From positions 33,088 through 97,087 of IMG/VR virus record IMGVR_UViG_3300023179_007063: a stretch of DNA of 64,000 nucleotides; one strand, 5' to 3'. This document shows, one piece after another, positions 54,870 through 64,000 of the stretch. This DNA comes from a virus. A model generated the notes under the pieces. That model was not told the origin of the DNA. It saw only the letters and a list, made by a program, of their open reading frames with translations, and did no database searches. The translations under genes and the position numbers were made by a program. Within the stretch, counting starts at the first letter, position 1. Each line of letters opens with the position of its first letter.

Positions 54870-57578
54870 ATGGCGTTTAAAGACTCGCAAAGATATAGAA
54901 AAGTCTACTCGTATTACAGACCGCAACCCAGACTGACAGACAGCTTTGCGGCCGACAACGAGTTCGTCTTAGAGGCTCTACGGGGAATAGACTGGAAGCA
55001 GTCTGTGAGGGCAGCTTCCACGGCAAACATCAGTAATCTAGTTAGTGTCACTAGCATTGACGGTGTGACACTCTCCGATGAAGACAGAGTTCTCCTAAAG
55101 AATCAGTCTTCCGCTGAAGAGAACGGAATATACGTCTTCTATTCCGCGTCGGGTCTTGTTAGGTCGCTCGACGCGACGACGTCTGTCTTGACGTGCGGCG
55201 CGACGTGCTACGTTGACGAGGGAACGTCGAATGCAGGAACGTTCTGGACCTTGACAACCCCTGATTCGATAACGGTAGGGTCCACTCCACAGACATGGGA
55301 GGAGAAGATTGGTGCGGGGGGAGGTGGTGGCGGAGGAGGAAGCGGAAACTGGAATGAGCTCTCTCCCTCACCTCGACTCAACACAACAGCTTCTATTGCA
55401 ATAGCAGGAGAACTTGGTTCGACATATGCAGCACAGAGCACAGGTACAGACGTCTTCTTCTACGTCAGCGGCACGATAAAGGGCAACACACCTGTATCTT
55501 CACCTAAAGTGTCTGTCTTCGGAGGCGATGTAGTAACTAGTGGATCGCTAACAGTCTCCGGCACTGTCAAGATAGGCGGGATCCAAACGGTGCCCGTCTA
55601 CGGCGACGTCCCGGGGGTCGTCGACGCATACTTCGTCAAGTCATACAACTTCGCGTTCCCGGGAAGCTCATTTCAGTCGTTCGGTTCTCTGTATCCGAAT
55701 CTGCAGGGATCAGAAAGAGGTCACCTTGGAAACGACGGCGACCTATCAAAAATTTGGTTCGACAGGACGGGTCTGTTGCATGCAAAGATCCTTTCCGCGT
55801 CATCAATTAGTGGTTCGATCACAAAGTTGTCAGATGGAACGTCTTATCTGATAGCCGGTACGAACATCAACATCACTTCTCAGTCTAACGGCTCCATCTT
55901 AATAGCCGCATCACCCGCGGCAGGTGGAGACGGTTATTTCTACAGCGTCGCAAACGGGTCTGTCTACACGACTGGCTCTGTGGCATTCTCCGGACTGTCA
56001 GGCATCACTTCGGTGAACAACATAGGCTCCGACGTCTTCTTCTACGTCAGCGGATCCAAGGACGGTCTCAGGAAGTCAGTGTTTGGAGGCGACGTAGCAG
56101 TCAGCGGAACGGTATACGGATCCCGCTTCCTCGCCGGCACGAATCCAAGCAAAGACATCTGGCTGGGTTCTGCTTCACTCGATCAAGCACCAGGCGGGAA
56201 CATCAGCATCATCGCACAGCACGGTATCTCACCACACGCACCTGGTAACGTGCTGATCAACGCCGGCAACGTTGACTATCCCGGAGTCTCGAGTGACTAC
56301 GTAGGAAGCGTATCGATACACGGCGGTGAGGTATTCGTCTCTGCATCGAATCCAATAGATAGTCAACACAACGGGAAGCTCAATCTCACAGCTGATAAGC
56401 TTACACTAGCAGTCCATCCGGATGGCGATCCATGGATGACTTTCAAGACTCTTGCATTCTATCTCGACGAGAACGAAGGAATAGCTGAGGTCGACAGCAA
56501 GACGTGGGGATTCTTGGGAGCTCTCGGGCGCGCCAACGCCGACCTCGTCGATGTCACGCTGCTTTCTACAAGTTCGCTAGATGACGATCAAGATCTCCGT
56601 AGAGGAATAACAGCAGCGATACCCAGGGGACAGTCAAAGTACTTCTCGGTCGGCGCCTACGACGGAGACATCAGTCTCGATCCTCAGAACGTCGGTGTAA
56701 CCAAAGTCATGACGGTCTCCGACACGGGAGACGTAGCAGCTGCTGGATACGTCACAGCTAGTCTGGGCTTCTCTGGTTCTCTCACGAGGCTAGCAAGCGG
56801 TGCTTCATACCTCATTGCAGGTAACAATGTCACGATAACTTCCGCATCGAACGGCTCCATTACGATATCTTCGAACGGAGGCGGCGGAGGTGCCACAGGA
56901 CCTACAGGGCCTCAAGGTGCCACAGGACCTACAGGACCTACAGGGCCTCAAGGTGCCACAGGGCCAACTGGACCGCAGGGAGACACAGGTCCTGCTGGCC
57001 CTTCTCAGACCTATCAGAAAGGATTTGTTCTTGGCTCTGCACAGGATGGATCCGGAAACATCGATCTATCGTCCATAGGCACACTAGTTCCAGGATATAA
57101 CGCGGAAGCTGACATAGACGTATTCGTCAACGGTCAGCTTCTAGCTGCACCCGACGACTACAATATGATTTCGTCAACGGTTGTGCACATCTCAACCACG
57201 CTATCGTCTACAGACATCGTCACCGTGAGGATGCTGACAAACTCATCAACGCCTGGCGGGATCTATACGCCCGGGGCTCCGTCCACAAGCATCCAGTTCA
57301 ACGATGGAGGAAGCTTCGGTGGTAGCTCTGCGCTTACATTCGACAAAACTACAAACACAGTGACAGCACACGATGTCGTACCCGCGTCAGACTCCTCCTA
57401 CAGCCTAGGATCGGCCAACAAGAGGTGGTCCAACGTGTACACGGGCGACCTTCACCTAAGAAACGATAGGGGCGACTGGACGATCGTCGAAGAAGAAGAC
57501 TTTCTCTGCGTTGTCAACAACAAGACGGGCAAGCGATTCAAGATGGCATTGATACCCCTGGAAGAAGATCGACTTTGA
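54870..57578 (+). CDS. Tail fibre protein
   Basis: DWKQSVRAA...DRVLLKNQ...NGIY domain, DVFFYVSG..VFGGDV repeats, short collagen tract, C-terminal RWSNVYTGDLHL...WTIVE. Confidence 0.8.
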   Translation: MAFKDSQRYRKVYSYYRPQPRLTDSFAADNEFVLEALRGIDWKQSVRAASTANISNLVSVTSIDGVTLSDEDRVLLKNQSSAEENGIYVFYSASGLVRSLDATTSVLTCGATCYVDEGTSNAGTFWTLTTPDSITVGSTPQTWEEKIGAGGGGGGGGSGNWNELSPSPRLNTTASIAIAGELGSTYAAQSTGTDVFFYVSGTIKGNTPVSSPKVSVFGGDVVTSGSLTVSGTVKIGGIQTVPVYGDVPGVVDAYFVKSYNFAFPGSSFQSFGSLYPNLQGSERGHLGNDGDLSKIWFDRTGLLHAKILSASSISGSITKLSDGTSYLIAGTNINITSQSNGSILIAASPAAGGDGYFYSVANGSVYTTGSVAFSGLSGITSVNNIGSDVFFYVSGSKDGLRKSVFGGDVAVSGTVYGSRFLAGTNPSKDIWLGSASLDQAPGGNISIIAQHGISPHAPGNVLINAGNVDYPGVSSDYVGSVSIHGGEVFVSASNPIDSQHNGKLNLTADKLTLAVHPDGDPWMTFKTLAFYLDENEGIAEVDSKTWGFLGALGRANADLVDVTLLSTSSLDDDQDLRRGITAAIPRGQSKYFSVGAYDGDISLDPQNVGVTKVMTVSDTGDVAAAGYVTASLGFSGSLTRLASGASYLIAGNNVTITSASNGSITISSNGGGGGATGPTGPQGATGPTGPTGPQGATGPTGPQGDTGPAGPSQTYQKGFVLGSAQDGSGNIDLSSIGTLVPGYNAEADIDVFVNGQLLAAPDDYNMISSTVVHISTTLSSTDIVTVRMLTNSSTPGGIYTPGAPSTSIQFNDGGSFGGSSALTFDKTTNTVTAHDVVPASDSSYSLGSANKRWSNVYTGDLHLRNDRGDWTIVEEEDFLCVVNNKTGKRFKMALIPLEEDRL

Positions 57579-57611
57579 TACTTAGTCCTGCAAGCAGAGA
57601 TAGGAACTCAA

Positions 57612-60600
57612 ATGGCACTAGTCGGTAACATATCAGGTAGCGCGTCGAGCAACTCCATCATCGGAGTGACGGGCTCTCTCGTCTTCGCGAACGCCAACAA
57701 CGCGTCTTTCCCGGCCCAGGCATCGGACACGATCTTTTACGTCTCGGGTGCGAAGGACGGGACGGCACAGTCGGTGTTCGGTGGAAACCTCGTCATATCA
57801 GGTTCTACGAGGATCAAAGGCGACCTCACCGTAGACGGCACGACGACCTACGTCAACACAGAAAACCTGCTCGTCAAGGACCCGTTCGTCCTCCTCAACT
57901 CGGGATCGGCGGGCACCGACATGGGAGTCATCTTCGCCGGTGGCAACGGTTCGAACGACGTCATCCTCGGGGTCGACAACAAGAACGGCACGGTCGCCGT
58001 CGTCACCGCCGACTCGGTGAGCGGATCCATCACGACCTACCCAACCTCCAGCACGCTCGCGAGCTTCTACGCTGCGACGTACCAGGTCGGAGCCGGTGGT
58101 GCAGATTTATCGTCAACACCCGTGGGTTACCTCAGCGGATCTGGTAGCGACGTGTGGTTGCAGGCGAGCTCTTACCTCTACCTTTCGTCTTCTTTGGTGA
58201 CTTTGACGCAAGACGCGGCGATCAGCGGCAGCCTGTCCCAAGGGCTCGGGCCCATCACGCTAGGATCTTACTCCCACGCCGAGGGATACCAGACGGTCAC
58301 ATCAGGAGCCTATTCTCACGCCGAAGGGTACCAGACGGTCACATCAGGAGCCTACTCCCACGCCGAAGGACGCAAAAACATCGCATTAGGAGCCTATTCT
58401 CACGCCGAAGGTCGCAACACCTTCGCTCTTGGCTTCGCTTCCCACGCCGAAGGGTACCAGACGGTCACATCAGGAGCCTACTCCCACGCCGAAGGAAACC
58501 AGACCAAGACTGTCGGTACAGCTGCGCATACTGAAGGGTACGCTAGCATAGCAGGCGTCCGAGGGGCAACTTCATGCAACTTCGTAAACGCATACACGTC
58601 GTCGGTTTCCGGTGACGAAACGTCGTTTTTCACAGTCGGAGATGTGGTGAGAGTGTACGACCTCGAGGGCAGCGGCAAGCCGTACACAACTTTCATACTC
58701 GACGGTCTGAGTTACGACTCTAGTGCCGGTGAGACATTCCTGTCGTCGTCGGTCTCCGTCTTCTTGGCGGAGCAGTTCATCGACGGCGGGCGCGCACTGT
58801 TCGTGAGAAACGTCGACCCGTATGGTGCAGGCACCCCGACACCCGCTTCTCACGCCGAGGGCCTGAACACTATAGCCGCGGGCTCCTACTCGCATGCTGA
58901 GGGAAGCGGTTCTATTGCTCACGGCTTCGGGTCGCACGTCGAGGGTGACAGTACAAGAGCCTCGGGAGCCTATTCCCATACCGAAGGGTACCAAACTATC
59001 ACGTTAGGAAGTCATTCCCACGCCGAAGGAAATAGCACGACAGCGTCAGGAGCCTATTCCCACGCCGAAGGTGATAGCACGTCTACGTACGGTATCGCTT
59101 CTCACGCGGAAGGAGCTGGCACCACCGCGGGAGTGATAAACTTTCCACTTAATTTGCATTCCATTTCAGGAGACTTCTGCACCGCTTCCATTGGCTCGAG
59201 CGATCTAACGTCGTTCTTCACCGTGGGGAACGTCATAAGCTCTTTCCAAGACTCCCAGACAGGAGTACCCTACCAAGAAGCCACATTGACAGGAATGAAC
59301 TACGACGGTGCCGTGACGTGGCTGACTGCCTCTCTCGGAGTCATGACCCCTGCCGCTGGCATAGTGGATTTGTCAATTGAAATTCCTCGCGGCACGCCCG
59401 GGTCTATCGAGGGTGGTGGATTTTCTCACGCAGAGGGCGACGCTTCTTTCGCGCGGGGAACCTTCTCCCATGCTGAAGGTAGCAGCGCGGAAGCGTACGG
59501 GTACGGCTCCCACGCCGAAGGGTACCAGACCAAAGCTTACGGAGAAAACTCCCACGCCGAAGGATCTGGCACGATTGCGCTCGGCCTGTACTCCCACGCT
59601 GAGGGTAGCAACACCGTAGCTTCGGGTTCTTATTCTCATGCCGAAGGGTACCAGACTACCGTGCGCACTGACGCTTCCCACGCCGAAGGTGATAGCACGA
59701 CGGTGGTCGGTTACGCTTCTCACGCCGAAGGTTCTAGCACAACAGCGGGGACGACGTACTTCCCTGGAGTCTTTACCAGCGGAACAGGATCGATAAACGG
59801 TGACGTAACGTCGTACTTTGGTGTGGGTCATACTCTGTTCCTGTGGGATAGGTCTGACTCATACGGCAACTACAAGTACTCTACGATCATGGGAGTTAAC
59901 TACGATGTCAGCGGCGACACGACGTACGTCACTTCGTCTCTCACTGACACCTATGTAGCGGGTGCAAGGTTACTCGACTTTTCGAACGTACCTCCAGTAG
60001 GAACTGACGGTACCACCGTGTCGGTAAATTCCCACGCCGAGGGCTGCCAGTCGCAGGCTTTTGGCGACAACTCCCACGCCGAGGGATCAGGAACTTTCGC
60101 GGCAGGAAACGCTTCTCACGTGGAGGGAGAAGGTGGGCAGGCGTCTGGTCACGCTTCTCACGCCGAAGGTAGCACGACTCTTGCTGCGGGCGAAAGCTCA
60201 CACGCAGAAGGATCTGGCACGACAGCGTCCGGAGTATCTTCCCACGCAGAAGGATCTGGCACGACAGCGTCCGGAGCTGCATCTCACGCAGAGGGAGAAA
60301 ACACGACAGCGTCGGGAGACTCTTCTCACGCGGAGGGCGAAGGTACATTCGCTCTTGGCGATGCTTCTCACGCTGGTGGGTTCCACACAATTGCGTCCGG
60401 GTCGAACCAGACCGTCATAGGCCAGTACAACAAGCGTAACAACACGACTTCCTTGTTCACGATAGGAAACGGCACGGGAGATGACAACGCAAGCCGCAGT
60501 GACGTTGTCAACGTGTACATCAGTGGTGTGGAAGTCACGGGCTCTACGAGGATCAAAGGCGACCTCACCGTAGACGGATCCACAACAACAGGAAGCATTT

Positions 60601-60995
60601 CCGGAGATCTTATAGTTTCCGGAAGGAGCAACCTAGGCACAGTTGTCGAGAATATTCTGACGAGCAATGGGGGTACGGGGACCGTTGCTTTCAGTCTTTC
60701 CGAACAGTCGATCTTTTATAGAAATGCACCGACCGGAAACATCACAGCTAACTTCACGAGCGTTCCTGCCACCACGAACAAGGTGATATCCACCACCGTG
60801 ATCCTGTCGCAGTCTTCTCCGGCATACATCGTGAGCGCTGTACAGATCAACGGTGTTGCTCAGACTCTCAACTGGGTGAACGGTGTAACGCCCTCCGGAA
60901 CCGCGAACAAGCACGACGCTTTCGGTTTCTCGCTGATACGATCAGGATCCACTCCGACTTGGGTGGTTCTTGGCCAGATGAGCACGTACGGGTGA
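57612..60995 (+). CDS. Fibre/adhesin with YadA-head-like 14-aa SHAEG repeats
   Basis: About 31 (S)HAEG repeats in four blocks separated by three related spacer domains. Confidence 0.8.
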   Translation: MALVGNISGSASSNSIIGVTGSLVFANANNASFPAQASDTIFYVSGAKDGTAQSVFGGNLVISGSTRIKGDLTVDGTTTYVNTENLLVKDPFVLLNSGSAGTDMGVIFAGGNGSNDVILGVDNKNGTVAVVTADSVSGSITTYPTSSTLASFYAATYQVGAGGADLSSTPVGYLSGSGSDVWLQASSYLYLSSSLVTLTQDAAISGSLSQGLGPITLGSYSHAEGYQTVTSGAYSHAEGYQTVTSGAYSHAEGRKNIALGAYSHAEGRNTFALGFASHAEGYQTVTSGAYSHAEGNQTKTVGTAAHTEGYASIAGVRGATSCNFVNAYTSSVSGDETSFFTVGDVVRVYDLEGSGKPYTTFILDGLSYDSSAGETFLSSSVSVFLAEQFIDGGRALFVRNVDPYGAGTPTPASHAEGLNTIAAGSYSHAEGSGSIAHGFGSHVEGDSTRASGAYSHTEGYQTITLGSHSHAEGNSTTASGAYSHAEGDSTSTYGIASHAEGAGTTAGVINFPLNLHSISGDFCTASIGSSDLTSFFTVGNVISSFQDSQTGVPYQEATLTGMNYDGAVTWLTASLGVMTPAAGIVDLSIEIPRGTPGSIEGGGFSHAEGDASFARGTFSHAEGSSAEAYGYGSHAEGYQTKAYGENSHAEGSGTIALGLYSHAEGSNTVASGSYSHAEGYQTTVRTDASHAEGDSTTVVGYASHAEGSSTTAGTTYFPGVFTSGTGSINGDVTSYFGVGHTLFLWDRSDSYGNYKYSTIMGVNYDVSGDTTYVTSSLTDTYVAGARLLDFSNVPPVGTDGTTVSVNSHAEGCQSQAFGDNSHAEGSGTFAAGNASHVEGEGGQASGHASHAEGSTTLAAGESSHAEGSGTTASGVSSHAEGSGTTASGAASHAEGENTTASGDSSHAEGEGTFALGDASHAGGFHTIASGSNQTVIGQYNKRNNTTSLFTIGNGTGDDNASRSDVVNVYISGVEVTGSTRIKGDLTVDGSTTTGSISGDLIVSGRSNLGTVVENILTSNGGTGTVAFSLSEQSIFYRNAPTGNITANFTSVPATTNKVISTTVILSQSSPAYIVSAVQINGVAQTLNWVNGVTPSGTANKHDAFGFSLIRSGSTPTWVVLGQMSTYG
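57804..57838 (+). repeat. Exact 35-bp direct repeat, copy 1
   Basis: TCTACGAGGATCAAAGGCGACCTCACCGTAGACGG, identical at 60543-60577. Confidence 0.9.
58260..60385 (+). repeat. Coding 42-nt-period tandem repeats (SHAEG)
   Basis: Recurrent TC(C/T)CACGCCGAAGG core at 42-nt spacing within blocks. Confidence 0.85.
60543..60577 (+). repeat. Exact 35-bp direct repeat, copy 2
   Basis: Identical to 57804-57838; offset 2739 nt = 913 codons. Confidence 0.9.
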
Positions 60996-60999
60996 TTCC

Positions 61000-62064
61000 A
61001 TGCTAGGCAGGATCTCATCGACGACAGGTCCAATCTCGGCGGCGAAGACCACCTGGACGTTCAGGTACTACCGTTTTTCCGTCACAAGGGTGCGGGATAT
61101 CACCACCGATGGGTCCTATGGGACCTACAACATCGTGGGCATAACCCAGCTCAGCGAGTTTGAACTGATGCTGATGGGAACCAAGCTGAGCTACTCCGGA
61201 GCTACGGTGACAAATCCGGGAGGGGCCAATCCGGCGGGGCAAGACGTTTCAAAGGCCGTAGATGGGGACGAGAACACTGTGTGGCTCGATTGGTCCGGAA
61301 ACGGAACAGCAGGCGGACACGCGACAGGCGCCGTGAAGTCCTGGGTGCTGAAGGTGGATTTTGGCTCCGGCGTGAGAAAGACGATAGACGGTTTTCGGTA
61401 CAAGACGGGTGGTGACGAGACTGGTCGCGATCCCGTGCAGTGGGTGCTGGAAGGCAGTAACGATGATTCTACTTGGACCGTTGTCCACAGGCAGTCCACG
61501 GATGCCACGATCACCACGAATAGAAAGGCCTACACGCAGATCTTCTACACCACTCACAACTCTCTTCCGTATGAGCCGGGGTTGTTTAGGCAGACATACT
61601 CCGGATACATGGGAGATCTCAAGGGTACTGAAGACGACGTGGGCTACTTTGACACTGCTACCCCGTTCTCGTCCGACATACAGACTACAATCATACAAGA
61701 TCCGAATACAGACGACGGAAACAATTACAGCCGCCAGTGGCTCGGCTATTTCTTGCCTGCCACCACAGAAGCTTACACGTTCTACCTCAACTCCGACGAT
61801 TGCTCCTGGATGTGGATAGGCAGCAACGCAGTCTCTGGGTACACCATAGAAAATGCCACAGTAAACAACGGTGGATTGCACGGCTTGGTCGAAAAGTCAG
61901 GAACTGCCTCTCTTGTGTCGGGGACTTACTATCCCATCAGGATCCAGTTCGGTGAGCATTTAGGCGGAGATCAAATGGACTTTAACTATTCTACACCCAC
62001 AATCACGAAGACGACGAGTGTGACGGGCAGAGTTTTCCACCATCCTGCGACAAAATCTTTTTAA
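61000..62064 (+). CDS. Discoidin (F5/8C)-like + PA14/GLEYA carbohydrate-binding protein
   Basis: AVDGDENTVW, RDPVQWVLEGSND..TW; QWLGYF, YTFYLNSDD..WMWIG, YYPIRIQFGE..GG. Confidence 0.78.
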   Translation: MLGRISSTTGPISAAKTTWTFRYYRFSVTRVRDITTDGSYGTYNIVGITQLSEFELMLMGTKLSYSGATVTNPGGANPAGQDVSKAVDGDENTVWLDWSGNGTAGGHATGAVKSWVLKVDFGSGVRKTIDGFRYKTGGDETGRDPVQWVLEGSNDDSTWTVVHRQSTDATITTNRKAYTQIFYTTHNSLPYEPGLFRQTYSGYMGDLKGTEDDVGYFDTATPFSSDIQTTIIQDPNTDDGNNYSRQWLGYFLPATTEAYTFYLNSDDCSWMWIGSNAVSGYTIENATVNNGGLHGLVEKSGTASLVSGTYYPIRIQFGEHLGGDQMDFNYSTPTITKTTSVTGRVFHHPATKSF

Positions 62065-62107
62065 TCGCTAGCAATTCTTGTCAAGAAATCATACTTATCA
62101 CTTATGA

Positions 62108-64000
<1,893 letters not shown>

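Noticed and set aside
58260-60385. Regularly spaced repeats resembling a CRISPR array or DGR template/variable repeats
   Set aside because: Period is 42 nt in frame, variation is largely at third codon positions, there is no adenine-specific pattern, and no cas operon or reverse transcriptase is in the window.

Overview
The window looks like a 64-kb segment of a large (jumbo-type) tailed bacteriophage with a contractile tail. Evidence: gp25- and gp6/J-like baseplate genes, fibre genes, bacterial-type tRNAs and RBSs, and the standard genetic code. Layout: (i) 1-11.1 kb, mostly minus strand: structural-type genes, PIN-PhoH, a stand-alone sigma-4 domain, an Hc1-like protein, a DinG-type helicase, ClpP and a degenerate GroEL-like protein. 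(ii) 11.2-31.4 kb: a translationally coupled glycan-modification island with about 13 glycosyltransferase-like genes, 3 methyltransferases, a 2OG-Fe(II) oxygenase, an epimerase and 2 short nucleotide-sugar dehydrogenases. (iii) 31.7-51.6 kb: a gp55-like sigma factor and baseplate/tail genes, one carrying a MepA-like peptidase domain. (iv) 51.6-54.7 kb: an antisense island with tilS, three tRNAs, a Pth2-like gene, NADAR and a lipoprotein. (v) 54.9-64 kb: fibre, adhesin and collagen-like genes. Several features are invisible to the ORF track. There are two ORF-less group I introns: one splits a glycosyltransferase CDS (28738-29000), the other splits a tRNA-CAU immediately upstream of tilS (52731-52968). 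There are also a deletion scar of a carbamoyltransferase, decayed homing-endonuclease remnants, and an exact in-frame 35-bp direct repeat bracketing the repeat module of a fibre gene. All family calls come from motif recognition by eye; no searches were run.
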